Positions 44,771-58,308 of a stretch of 64,000 nt of DNA are shown one piece after another. Source of the DNA: the human T2T-CHM13v2.0 reference genome, Homo sapiens; assembly GCF_009914755.1 (NCBI RefSeq), contig NC_060925.1; one strand, written 5' to 3'. The notes under the pieces are model-generated. The model was not told the origin of the DNA. It saw only the letters and a list, made by a program, of their open reading frames with translations, and did no database searches. Every line of letters starts with the position of its first letter. The stretch's first letter is position 1. The position numbers were made by a program, and so were the translations under genes.

Positions 44771-45768
44771 TTATTCAGCTTTTTACTTGTTGTTAGGGCT
44801 GAGTGACAACTTCCAAGCTTCTTACATGCCAGACTGGAACTGAAAGTTGGTGTGTTACTTTTTTAAAGTATAAATTCTGGGCCTTACCCCAGACCTACTG
44901 ATTCAGTCTCAAGGGGTAGAGCCCAGGATCTTTATCTTAAGAAATCCTCACCAGTGGGCACCCATGTATTATGGCTTCTGAAGCATAATTTTATAAGAAT
45001 GAAACATAACTCTGGAAACTCCTGTGAGAAGAGTAGCCTTGGCCCCAGAAACAAGGTAGAAGGGTTCCTAAGCTGTTCATTATTGAGAGAGACACCCAAT
45101 CAGGGATTTATAATTTGGTAGCTCTTCATCTACTCTCAAAGGTGCACCCAATAAAATGAAGGCCCAGCACCAATATCCCAAGACCAGGCACAGGCAAGAG
45201 GAGATGGACACCAAGGTGCTGCCCTAGGTTCAAGGATGTTGTTGTTTTCCTCACCCAGGAGGAGGACCTGCATCAGAGCAGTGGGAAACTTTTCTTTCTA
45301 GACTTCCAGTTTCCACACCTGGCACGATTCTGGCTGGACCACAAGAAAGAGCTAAGGAGAGAGAGCCCAAGAATACCTGCTTATGTGACAGCTGCAGTTT
45401 AGAGGAGTGAGGTAATTAGCTTAGGATCATCCAACCAGTAGGTAGGTAGATGTGAGATGATGCAAAAGAAGATATCAGCAGGAGTGACCCTCTGTCCCTA
45501 TTGCATGAAATAAGTATGCTTTGCTGTAGAAAAGAAGGAAACCAAACAAATCATTAGTACCAATCTGGAAATGGAAAGAAAGGGCATCCCCATGACACCA
45601 CTGGCTCCCTGGACTGATACCTTCCAAGGTCAACCCCACATCTCTTCCTCCTACTCTTGTGAACCAATAAATTATCTTTTTTGCTTAAAGTAGTATATGA
45701 GTTGGGTTGCTATACCTTGAAGCCAGAATGTTCTAGTAAAAGTATTCCGTATGTATTAAAAAGAATGG

Positions 45769-45905
45769 TTGGTCCTGATTCAAGGCCAGCAGTTTGCTGA
45801 AGCTGTTGGTTTCAAGCAGGAGACTAAATAATTGTCTTTTCATGGTCTGTTGGCCATCTTATAACTTTGGAAATGTAATGTCCAATTCATTAGAAATAAA
45901 CATCT
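45769..45905 (+). ncRNA. H/ACA snoRNA SNORA2 family (SNORA2B-like) retrocopy; function unknown
   Basis: TTGGTCCTGATTCAAGGCCAGCAGTTTGCTGAAGCTGTTGGTTTCAAGCAGGAG...TTCATTAGAAATAAACATCT resembles SNORA2B as recalled. H box AAATAA at 45826-45831, ACA at 45900-45902, short A-tail, TSD AAAAA(G/A)AATGG. Confidence 0.85.
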
Positions 45906-46749
45906 GGAAAAAAAAATGGACAAATATACTGATATAGAAAATGATCACAATAATTATTAAATGAAAAAGGTCAAATTACGCAATAGTGTTTTTGGTAGTA
46001 TTCTATTTGTGTATACAGTGTGTTTTGTGTGATTTTTATGTTGCCTTATTTTATTTCATCTTATTTTGTTTTTAGTAAATGACTAGAGAACAACTGGAAG
46101 AATACTTAACACACTGCTGGCAGGAGATGGGATTGGGAAATCCCCCAATTCTGAACCATTTACTGATGATGAGCATGTATTACTTTCATAATAAAATACT
46201 AAATTAAAAAAGGAAAGAGAAGAAAGTTAGTCACTGAATGTACCAGATACTTGCCTGCCCCCAACTTCCTGGTTTCCTTGTTAGGGAGAAAAGATAGTTA
46301 GAGATAGCAAACAGAACAGGTTCCATGGTTAAGCCAACCAAAACTATATTGACTGAGTCAGTAATTCAGTGAGATATGGACAGACTTAAGTATGTACAAC
46401 TGAGAGAGTTTGCATCACAGGGAATTAAATGCCCAAAGTCTAACCAGTCAATAAAAATACAAAAAGGGTTAAAAAAGCAATCATTCATGTTGAATCCTCA
46501 CAGTCTAGGGGTGAGGAGTGCAGAATCCTACTCAAGGTACTGAATGGAGACTTGGCATCAACTGTCTAGAATTTAGAGGGAGGCTTAGCAGGTGCTCAGA
46601 ATGTGCAGCATCACCACTTCCAGTTATGTGGGCTGCAGAAAAGCCCCATTAAACAGTCACTTAAAAGGGAGATATTAAAGGAGAGGAGTGCCTGGAGAGG
46701 AAGCAAAGAGGGGTTTAGCAAGTCAATGTAAGTTAAGAAGGCTAATCCA

Positions 46750-47036
<287 letters not shown>

Positions 47037-48499
47037 AAGAAGGCTAATCCAGAGGCAGAAGCCCACCCCAAATGGCAATGGAATGGATTCCAAGGGGATA
47101 GTTTTGATGAATTATGTTACATTATTTAAAGATTCAGAGTAAAGGATGCCTCAGGACTTTGTAAATCATTAGAGAGGCAACAAGAAAGTGTGTATCTTTC
47201 CACTGATTCACATGACACCAACTTCCAGGAATTAATAAAAGAAAGTTTAAATATCTTGGTAATAACTCACAAATTTCACACACACAAAAAAAGGCATGTA
47301 GCAAACAATCAGAGATGAGTTGATTTTCTTAGAACTAATGTACCAGAGGGAATATGAGGAGAAAGGGACTGAGTCAGAGGCAGAATCAGGTACTATTTTC
47401 AGAAAACAGAAGCCTTGGACACAAACCAAAGGGCAGGCAATGTGTATGCAATCGGCACTGAGACCAAGTCCCAAATCAATCTCTCTAGTAACAGCTGCAC
47501 ACACAGATAGCAAATCATTATCTTACCGTCTAAGGATCTAAGATAAATATTGCGCGACAACATAGCTCTTCCGCAAAGAAAACTTGTACCAACAGGCGCC
47601 TTGCCTCTGAGTTCAGACTCTCTTTCTATCCTCTCTGTTGATCTGCAGACTGTAGTGACAAAGTCGTCCCCAACCCAGGAAGCCTACTTGCCATACTAAT
47701 CACATCTGAACATGCTCAACTGTTTGGAAACTCTCCTATCCTAGCAGCTAGAGGTAGAGGCAGAACTTGAGCACAAGTCTTCATCTGACTTCAAATTTGG
47801 CTTTTTTTTTTGTCTTCTAAACTAGGATCTATTTCAACCCAGACCATGCATCCATCCACATCCGTCTAACCAGGAAACTCTCAGGCACTGTGCTTGGTGG
47901 TGGAGAGACAGAGTCAATAAGACATTATAGAAACAGATGCGAGTGTAATGCTGCCATTATAATTACAGGGCCATGGACTTATTGCTTCACTTTCTAAGCC
48001 TCAGTTTCCTCAGCTTAAAATTGTAGCTGAAGATAGGTACTTTTGACAGTTGTATTGGGGATTAGAAATAATGTAAGTAAATTCCCTGGAATGCTCAATA
48101 AGTAACACATTACTATTATGAAAGACTGCTAGAGGAGAAGACCTAACTGAAGGTTTTGGTGTAGTGCAATTAGTGCCACGACATAAGAAAGCATGGGATG
48201 TTACAGAAGAAGGGAAGGTTTCTAAATCAATATTTAGGGAAGGTGTAAAATGAAGTTCCAGAATTTGAAGGATGAGTAGGATTTGGCTAAACGGGGAGGG
48301 GAGGAAGAGCATTTCTGGCCAAGAGAAAGCAACGTGTACTAAGGCATGGAGGTGTGAAGTGCCATTACGTGTGGTTTTGGAAGATCCATACAAATGGAAA
48401 TAAAGAATGGGTTTAAAGGTTTGGATGGATGTGACACTAGAGGGATGGTGAGGGGCCAGAACATGAAGAGCCTTGTGTGGTAAGCAAATGCCAGTGTCA

Positions 48500-50530
48500 C
48501 AGAAGCTTCCTATGTATGCCCCACAATCTGTATAGCCTGCCTCCTCAGGCAAACCACCCTGCTAAATTATGTGTTTATCCTTCCTTTGCTTTAATTTACA
48601 TAGTTGCCTAAGAGTTTTTGTTTGCTTGTTTTAACGTGGATAAAAAATAAGTTGTATAGAATAATTTATCTGCAACCATTCATATTAGCATGTGTTTGTT
48701 CTCTATTAATCTGTAATTTAGCAAATTGTATCCATTTGATTTTCTAAAGTTAGACCATCCTGTGTTCCGAGAGTAAACTCAATTTGTTTAAATAATGTAT
48801 TTAATCATAATATGTTATCTTCTGTGCATTGCTGGATTACATTTTTATACTTTTTTGCAGAGTTTTGCTTCTACATTCATGAGTGAAGTTGGTTTGTCAT
48901 TTTTTACCTCTTGTATCATCCTTCTATAGTGTGCTATATATAATACATATTTTTTCCATGGAATGAGGCCATTATATTTTTTATTGGGGTGTTTTTCCTT
49001 GTTTCAAGTTTTTGAAAGCGTGCCTTACATTGGAATTATGTTTTTTAGGTGTTTATTAATAGTCACCTATAAAGTCATCTGGGCCAGGTCTTTGTGTAAG
49101 ATTTTAAAGTTGGTGAACCAATTTCTTTAAGGACTTTACAATGACTCTGAATTTCTATTTCTTCCCGAGTTTGTTTTGGTAACTTACTTTTTTTTCTAAT
49201 AATTTGACCATTTTGTCTAAATCTTCAAATGTGATACCAAGTTGTTTGTACTAGTTTACCATTTTTTTACTTCTCTGAATTTTTTTAATTCCTAACATTT
49301 TTGTTGTCATCTTTGTCTTCTTCTTCCTCCTCTTCCTCCTTCCTCTTTCTCCTTTCTTTTAGTTCAACCAGGCCAGATCAATGAATTTTACTCACTTCTT
49401 CAAAAACCTTAATTTTGGCATTGTTGATCTTTTTTATTTTATACTTTTTTCTATTACATTAATTTCTAGGCTTATCCTTATTATTTTCTTTCTTCTGCTC
49501 TCTTTAAATTAATTCTATTTTTTAAAATAATTTCTCATGAATGCTTAGCTCAGCAATATTCAGCCTTTCTCAGTGTCTAGTATAAGCATTTATGACTTAA
49601 AATTCCCTCTAAGCCTCTTTTAACCATTTGTTTTAGTGAAGTTGGTAAAGTGGATTTTATTATTGTTTGATCCTAAACATTTTCTATTTTGCATTATGAT
49701 TTACTCCTTGATTGATGAGTTATTCAAAAGTTTCTGAATTTTCTAAATTTTTAAAACATAACCTTTTAGCTAAAGATATCTTTATTAATTGAATTGTGGT
49801 CAAAAATATAATGTGTTTAAGATGAGTTTCTTAAAAGTGGTTGAGACTTGATTTATAGCCTAATTCATGATAAATTATTGTAGTGTTTCTTGCATAACCA
49901 AAACTAATTTGTATACCTTAATTTGGAGTGTAGAAATATATATGTTCAGTAGATTAGCTTTCTGTATTGCTTAAATTAATCATATCCTTAATGCTTTAGT
50001 TCCATTTTACCTATCAATTATTGAGATATATATATTTAATGACTCACAATAGTGGAGAATTCAACAGTATCTCCTTGTAAGTATGTCAAATTCCCCTTTA
50101 TCTTATTGAAGTTAGGTTATCAAGTTTTAAACTTTAGAATTTTTTCCACCTGGGGAGTTAAACCTCTTATCATTATTAAATAATCTCTTTTGTCTATCAT
50201 AAGGTTTTTTTTGCCATAAAATCTATTTTACATTTTATATATATAGACATTCCAACTCTTTTTTCTTAATATTTGCTTAAAATATATTTTTCTATTCTTT
50301 TACTTTCAACTATTCTTTCTCAATGTCTTAGGTATGTCTCTTATAGAAAGCACAAACATAGATTTTGTTTCTTTTATCCAATAGATTTTGTTTTTTTTAA
50401 TCCAATCTCACAGCTTCCCTTTCAACTGGGTTTATTTCATTGATAAATTTACTCCTGTCATCAGTTTTTTAACTTTCTATTTTTTCTGGCTTTCCTGTTT
50501 CTTTTTTCTCCTTCTTGCCTCTTTTCAATT
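48500..50530 (-). mobile_element. Ancient L1ME ORF2 remnant
   Basis: T-rich strand, with degenerate L1 motifs such as AAAGTCATCTGGGCCAGG and AATTGAATTGTGGTCA. Confidence 0.6.
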
Positions 50531-50536
50531 GATTAA

Positions 50537-50853
<317 letters not shown>

Positions 50854-51306
50854 GATTAAATTTCTTAAGTCCCAACTTTCCCCCTCTAGTTTTGAAGGTA
50901 TAGGCTTTACTTCTCTTCTGTTAAGCAGTTCCTTTGAAATCAGAACATGGATACTTAAACCTAACAAACTCTACATTTACAATCTTTATAATCTTCCCAA
51001 ATATGCAAAGAGCTAAGAATGTTTTAATGCCTATCAGCACTTCCACTTTACCAGCTATTATTTCTGAACCCCACAAGTTACGCTTCATTATTTATTTATA
51101 TGGTTTTCACCAGCAGTATGTTTACCCAACAGTTTGTCTTTTACTTTACTCAGTGTGTTTTTTGTATCTCAGACTTTCCTTTTCAGATCATTTTCCTTCT
51201 GCTTGAAGACATGCTAAGAAGTTCCATTATTAAGAGTTTTTTAATGTTAAACTTTTTAAGTGTTTATCTAAACAGCCTCTATTTCATCCCCATGTTGAAA
51301 AATAGT

Positions 51307-51705
51307 TGTGGCAGAGAAAGTCAGTATTACTGAATATCCATGTGATTATATTTCCCACTCTCCCTTGCAGTTAGTTTGGGACCTTGTGACTTATTCTGGC
51401 CAATGAACTATGACTAGAAGTGATAGGTTTCACTACTAGACAAAGACAGCTGGGACCTGTGCTCCTGCGCATCCCCTTTCCCTTCTGCAGTGATCTCACA
51501 TGTCCCTACAGCCCTGGATGTTGGAGTTACAGAGGGCAGCACTCTCTCAGCCTGAGTCCCTAGTAATGGTGTGAGCAGAGCTCCATACAACCCATGCTGG
51601 ATGTGTAACTTGAAATGTTTCAGAGTTAATTGTTGATTGATGTGAGAGGCCACAGAGGTTTCAGAGTTAATTTTTTACCAAAGCATAATGTAACATATTG
51701 TGACC
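51307..51705 (+). mobile_element. Old MaLR LTR (MLT1I/J-like)
   Basis: CCCTTGCAGTTAG...TTCTGGCCAATGAA motif. Confidence 0.65.
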
Positions 51706-51709
51706 AATA

Positions 51710-51924
51710 ATTTTAATGGGTAAATAATTCTATTTGAGAGTTACTCTCTCAATACATTAAAAATATTTTCCCACAATCTTCTGTCTTCTTATGTTTTTGT
51801 TGCTGAGAAGTCAACTATCTAATTTCCATTCCTTTATTGGTAATTTTATTTTCTCTTCAGTTAATTTTAATGTCATCTTTGTCTTTGGCATTCTGAAGTT
51901 TTCTAACAATGTGTTTGGGGTGTG

Positions 51925-51970
<46 letters not shown>

Positions 51971-52400
51971 TCTGTGTGTGTGTCTCAATTTATCTGTCTT
52001 ACTAGGAATCTTTTGGGGTTTTGGAATTTGAGGTTATCTTTCATCAATTCTAAGAATGTCTCATTCATTGTCTCTTCAGTTATTGCCTCATCCTCTCCTC
52101 TGTTATTGCCTCTTAAAAAACTTTGGTTACAGACATTGAAGCGTTTCACTCTATCCTCCAAGTCCCTCAGCCTCTCTGTCATATTTTCCAGCTTCTGTCT
52201 CCTTGTGCTGCATTCTGTGTAAGGTCTTCCAGTCTATAATTGCCACTCTCTAATTCTCTCTTCGGCTGTGGTCTTGTCTACTGTTAATTCTTCCACTGAG
52301 TTTTTAATTCCAATCTGTTTATTTTTTATTTATAAGTTCTATTTTGTTCTTTTTCAGATATGATAGACATTTTTATGGTCTTTTTCTTCTTCCTTGCATT
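51710..52400 (-). mobile_element. Ancient L1ME/HAL1 ORF1 remnant
   Basis: Translates ERLRDLEDRVKRFNV...EETMNETFLELMKD. Confidence 0.65.
51920..51984. repeat. (GT)n microsatellite, ~25 near-perfect units plus a tail
   Basis: Read directly from the sequence. Confidence 0.95.
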
Positions 52401-53244
52401 TATATTTCTATTATATATTTTACTTTTAAATTTATCCTTGCATTTAAAAGATTTATATATTTTATTACTCATGTTAAGTTCTTTAGAGTAGGAGAAGTCC
52501 CCTCTCTATATTTTTACTTGTATTTTTATTATTTCAGATTGTTTATACCTTGGGATATAAGGAACATATCCCTCGGTCCTTCCCTGTCCCTAGATGCCTG
52601 ATTCCTTTAGGATACCCACTATTTTAAGTAAACCAATATCACCTTATATTTGCTGTTTAATATATCTTTCCCTTGTCAGTGAGCTTGTCTTCAACTGGTC
52701 ATCCTTCTACAAAAAACTTCATTATTTTAATTCAGAAGGTTTATGATTCTTTCTAATGCTCAGAGACCTGCCCCTCTTTCCATATTTCTAGACTGCTGCT
52801 GTATTTTGGAGAATGTCCAAAAGTTTGACCTTTGGATAAAGGGATGAGGCTGTACAAATTTTGCTTCTTAATACCATCTGCCTAGGAATAAAAACCTCTA
52901 GATAGGAAGAAATAAAGGAAGGAAGAAAAGAAGACAACTTTTGGAAAAATCTGTAAATCTAAGAGGGCATGGAATACAGGACATATCCTGTATTCCAGTG
53001 ATGACTTTTCAATGACTAGCGGTGGTTTCCACAGAGAATTCGGTTTCCTTATCCATACTTTGCTATAAATCTTGGCATATCAACTACCTAAAATTATCAT
53101 GCATTTCTAACCGATTTATAGCTAATAATATATGTCACTCCAATTCTTATAGTAAGTATAGGTATCACCCATTTTGTAAACTTTCTAAACTAAATCATCT
53201 CAGTAATGTTCATTTATTACATATGATAAAACAGATCCCACACT

Positions 53245-53403
53245 GAGGAAGAAGAAAAGAAAGAAGAAGAAGAAGGAGGGGAAGGAGGGGAAGGAGAAGA
53301 AGGAGAAGAAGTCAGAAGAAGAAGAAGGAGGAGGAGGAGGAGAGGAGGAGGAGGAGGAAGAAGAGGAAGAAGAAGAAGAAGAAGAGGAAGAAGAAGCAGC
53401 AGC
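53245..53403. repeat. Compound (GAA)n/(GGA)n/(GCA)n purine-rich repeat
   Basis: Read directly from the sequence. Confidence 0.92.
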
Positions 53404-53686
53404 AATAACCCTGGACTTGTTTTAAAGTATACACTTGGCCCTTCCCCACATGTAGTGTGATGACTAACAGCCCAAGTGTGAACCTCAGGTGTCCCAATGT
53501 TCTCAAGGATGTCAACCTTAGCAATATTTGCAGGTTTAAAATTTAAAGCATATGGATCTATCCTCAATATCAGCACATAAAACTTACTTTAGTCACTTAT
53601 CAAACTTTCTACTGTCCAGCACATACCAAATCTTGATTGAGAGAGCTAACATTTATAAAACATTGTTGACTGAAATGCAGTTTATC

Positions 53687-54132
53687 TGTATTAGTTTCCT
53701 AAGGCTGCTGTAATAAAGTACCACAAACTGGGTGGCTTAAAACAACAGAAATTTATTCTCTCCCAGTCTGAAGGCCAGAATTCTGAAATAAAGGGGCTGG
53801 CAGGGCAGCACTCCCTCTGAAGCTTCTCGAGGAAGATCTCTCCTTGCCTCTTCCAGCTTCTTGTAGCCCCTGGTCTTCCTTTCCTTGTGGCAGCACAACT
53901 TCAATTCCTGCTTCTGTCTTCCCTCTGTGTCTCTCTGTCTTCACATGGCATTCTTTTATTTATCTCTCTTTTTTTACAAGGACACCAGTCTTGCTGGATT
54001 AGTGTCCACCCTACTCCAATATGGACTAATTTTAACTAATTACATATGTTATGACTCTATTTCCAAATAAGGTCACGTTCTGAGGTTCTGGGGGTTATAT
54101 CTTTTTGAGGAAAATGATTCAATCCATTAACA
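53687..54132 (-). mobile_element. MLT1B/C-like solo LTR
   Basis: TGTATTAGTTTCCTAAGGCTGCTGTAA...TAACA; TSD (T/C)TATC. Confidence 0.85.
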
Positions 54133-55480
54133 CTATCTGTTCTTCCAGAGATATTTTATCTTCCAAATAAGCCTGGATCCTACTGTCTTAGAAATACAGG
54201 AATTGACTTTCTCTGGGCTGTGTTTTGATGCCATGTTTTCACCTTTTACCAAGCAGAGCAAGAAGAAATGACTTAATGAATGGAACTATTGAATTCACTA
54301 AATAAAATTCACTAAGAATCATGCCTAATTTGATTTTTTTTTAGAAGTAAGTGTTAAATTTTTCCCCCTGAATAACTGTTAGGTTTTCTTTTAGAGTCAA
54401 TGAGAATCATATATCTAATTACACGTTTCTTCTTGATTTGGTTGTCAGGAAGCTTAAACATCTCACTGTAAGTTAATTTTAATAACTTTGTAGGATGCTA
54501 CAGCTACATATCTTCATTTTTTTCTTCTCCTCTTGTGTTGGTATTTTCTTTCTGATGTTAGTTTTTTAAATTGCTTTTTATATTATTACATTTCCCTCCC
54601 AATGCTTTGTGGAAAAAAGTGGGTAATAAGTAGGAAAAAAAAAAAGTATGAATCTCTTCCTGAGTCTCTTCCTCATTCATAGCAAATTTTCCTCCTGACC
54701 CAGCTCATCCATCACTGAGTGACTAACCAAACATTATAAGCCATCAACATTAGTGCTCCAGCTTACATTATAAGTGGATGATTCAAACACTACTCAGGTA
54801 AACAGAGGGAAAAGCAGGAAAATCACTCCCTTTATTCTTAAGCAAATCAACTAGATCTCATCGACTTCCTTCAAAGAGTTTAGGTAGTTTTTTTTTTTAA
54901 TCTAGAAAAAAAAAATCACAGAACCCATGCAACAGTAAAAATAAGAGAAATCTAGAAAAGCAGAGGAATCAAATGAGAAGAAATTAAATAACTGAAAATC
55001 ACATTAAAAGTACCAAGGAAGAGAATTTAAACGGCAGAAAATTGGACATGAAGAGGAAGCTATTGAAGAAAATAATCACATGGAATTTGGTGGAAAATGA
55101 CATGGAATGAAGGTGATCAGAAAGAAGATGAAAGTTGTAGACCATGGACAATGGAGAACTAAAACATGAGTGACTTTTATCTTTGAAGATGTGAATGAGC
55201 AAATGGAAATGAAAAATTACACAATAGAAGAATGTTATGAACTAAACTAAGTTTTCAAATTGAATTTTGAAAAGGCTCACCATATTCCAATCAAATTTAA
55301 TAAAAGCTTTCTTTCTAGAACTTTAAGGACTAAAAGAAATAGAATCCTATAGTCATCTAGGCAGAAGGAAAAAGGTCATCTTCATAAACAAAGGAATCAG
55401 GCATATTCTAAGCAATGTTAAATGTTAGAAGAAAATGGAGCAATGGCTAACAAACATAGGAAGAAAAAACATTCCATATC

Positions 55481-56562
55481 TGTTGCAGGAAGTCAGGGAC
55501 CCTGAATGAAGGGACCAGCTGAAGCCATGGCAGAAGAACATAAACTGTGAAGATTTCATGGACATTTATTCATTCTCCAAATTAATACTTTTATAATTTC
55601 TTATGCCTGTCTTTACTGCAATCGCTGAACATAAATTGTGAAGATTTCTTGGACATTTATCACTTCCCCAGTCAATACTCTTATAATTTCCTAGGCCTGT
55701 CTTTATTTTAATCTCTTAATGCTGTCATCTTCGTAAACTGAGGATGTATGTCACCTCAGGATCCTGTGATGATTGCGTTATCTGCACAAATTGTTTGTAG
55801 AGCATGTGTGTTTGAACAATATGAAATCTGGGCATCCAAAAGGACCAGCATGGCTGCGATTTTCAGGGAACAAGGGAGATAACCACTGGGCCTGACTGCC
55901 TGCTGGGCCAGACAGAACAGAGTCATATTTCTCTTCTTACAAAAGTGAATAGGAGAAATATGTCTGAATTCTTTCTCTCAGCAAGGAACAGCTCTGAGAA
56001 AGAGAATGCATTCCTAGGGGGAGGTCTCTAAAATGGCCACTCTGGGAGTGTCTGTCTTATACAGTTGTAGATAAGGGATGAAATAAGCCCCAGTCTCCTG
56101 CAGTGCCCTCAGGCTTATTAGGATTAGGAAATTCCTGCCTAGTAAATTTTAGTCAGACCAGTTGTCTGCTCTCAAAACTTGTCTCCTGATAAGATGTTAT
56201 CAATGACAATGCGTGCCCAGTGGGACATGAAACTTCATCAGCAATTCTAATTTCTCCCTGGTCCTGTGATCTCACTCTGCCCCCATTTGCCTTGTGATAT
56301 TTTATTGCCCTTGAAGCATGTGATCTCTGTGACCCATACTCTATTTGTACCCCGCTCCCCTTTTGAAATCCATAATAAAAACTTGCTGGTTTTTTGGCTT
56401 GGGGGCATCACGGAACCTGATGACATGTGATGTAACCCCCGGACACCCAGCTTTAAAATTTCTCTCTTTTGTGCTCTTTCCCTTTATTTCTTAGACTGGC
56501 CGACACTTAGGGAAAATAGAAAAGAACCTACATTGAAATATTGGGGGCTGGTTCCCCCGATA
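55481..56562 (+). mobile_element. MER11 solo LTR (HERV-K11/HML-8)
   Basis: TGTTGCAGGAAGTCAGGGACCC start and GGGGGCTGGTTCCCCCGATA end; AATAAA at 56374; 6-bp TSD C(A/T)TATC. Confidence 0.92.
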
Positions 56563-57049
56563 CTTATCTGGTCTAACCACCTTCATGTGTAATCGTGACA
56601 GAAATAAATTCTCAAATATGCAAGAATTCAAGAAAAATAGCATTTATGCACCTCTGAAAAATCTGTCAGGAAAAAAAATTAAGACAATAAACAGATAAGT
56701 AACCATAAAATAAAATTCATGAATGAGAAAGTCATGATGTACAAAAGGTTAAGCCGTGAGCTTTAAGTCTACTACACATATTTAAGTAATTGGCATTTTA
56801 AGTCATAAAATTAAATATAGTTGTTTTAATACTAAAAAAATACATAATATAAATCATAATATTTTGATGACAATAGACTGGAACAAGAATCATATTTGCT
56901 TTCCAAACTAAGAGGTGGGAAGAGAAAAGAGAGAAGTTAAGTAGACTGATTTCATCATTTCATCATCATTGCATTTCTAAAGTTAATTGAAAAATAAAAA
57001 TGTAAGCATATTATTTAAAACAGACTTTACAACTCCCCAATTGCCAGAG

Positions 57050-57585
57050 TGTGGCAGGTAGCCTTCTTAAACAGCTCCCAATTGTCCCCACTTCCTGGCA
57101 TTCATGCCTTTGTGTTAGTCTAGACCTAATGACTTGCCCTTACCAAAAAGAATGTGGCAAAAGTGATAGGATTTCCCTTCTGAAGTTGGGCTATAGAAGG
57201 CTAGGACTTCTGTCTTGCTTACACTCTTACTCTGACTTTTCCCCACATATCACTTGTTTTGATAAAGCCAGCTGCCATGTTGTGAGCTACCCTATGGAGA
57301 AGCCCATGTGACAAAAACTGAGGACTTCAGTTGAGCAGCCCATAAGGAACCAAATCCTGCCTCCAACCATATAGGTAAGAAAGCAGATCCTCCCCAAATC
57401 TAGCCTTCAGGAGAGAAGAGCCCTGTCCATTACCTTGATTGCAGCCGTGTGAGAGACCCTGAAGCAGAGGATTCAACTAAGCCACACCAGGACTCCTGAC
57501 CCACAGAAAGTGTGAGATAATAAGTGTGTGTTGTTAGAAGCTGCTAAGTTTTGGGGTAGTTTGTTACACAGCAATAAATAACTAA
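57050..57585 (+). mobile_element. MLT1F-like LTR
   Basis: AAGCCAGCTGCCATGTTGTGAGCT and CTCCTGACCCACAGAAA motifs. Confidence 0.8.
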
Positions 57586-58308
57586 TGACAAATATTTTCC
57601 TTGACCAGACTAGCTCTTCTCCTCTAAGCCCTCTTCTTGGTAAGGTATCAGTCTTGGCCTATAAAGACTTGTACAAAAACTAACATACTTTCTTTTTTTT
57701 TTTTTTTTAAGAACTTTCTCTCCTCCGCCATTTCAAGGCCACATCACTAGGTTGACATTAGCTCCTTTTAAAGTGCCTCACTAAGAAAGCTCAAGAATGC
57801 CAAATAACTTACTATTTGTTTGAGCCAACACCTGGCAGTATGCCCTGACCACCCTTTCTTAGAACATTTACTAAAAAGGGCTTGCAACTGTGACTCCTTC
57901 CTCTGTCTCTTTGAGATGTACATGTATCTCCTACAACTCAGGGGTGTCTTTCTCAAGGACCCAAAAGCCATTTATTTGAAATACAATCAAGAAGAATAGG
58001 GCCCCTGTCTCCCAGTCTGTAGGAAGATAGAATCCTAGTGTTTGTAACTATCACCTACCAGAAACAGCTGGCGTTACCACTTTGTGATGTGAACCCTTTG
58101 TTATGTTTCACTTCTCTGACTCTCCTGAGCCCTCATTCACCCCCGTCCTACTCCTATTTTAGTTGGTCATCTCTATACAAATCAGAGTTCAGTTCATGCT
58201 GGATGCTTATCTCTATTCTCTGATTACTCTATTGTAGATTGTCTCTATTACTTACTGATTAAAGTCTGTCCTTGCCACTTTAGAGTCCAGCTTTGTTAAT
58301 CTTTGATA
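57586..58308 (+). mobile_element. ERV1 solo LTR (MER67/MER31-like) inserted at the MLT1F terminus
   Basis: TGACAAA...CTTTGATA; 4-bp TSD CTAA. Confidence 0.72.

Noticed and set aside
48010-48552. 180-aa minus-strand ORF
   Set aside because: It lies over MIR and L2 remnants, has a non-ATG start and shows no recognisable domain.
51791-53576. ORFs with CVCVCV, poly-L/P/S or poly-F tracts
   Set aside because: These are translations of (GT)n and GAA/GGA microsatellites.
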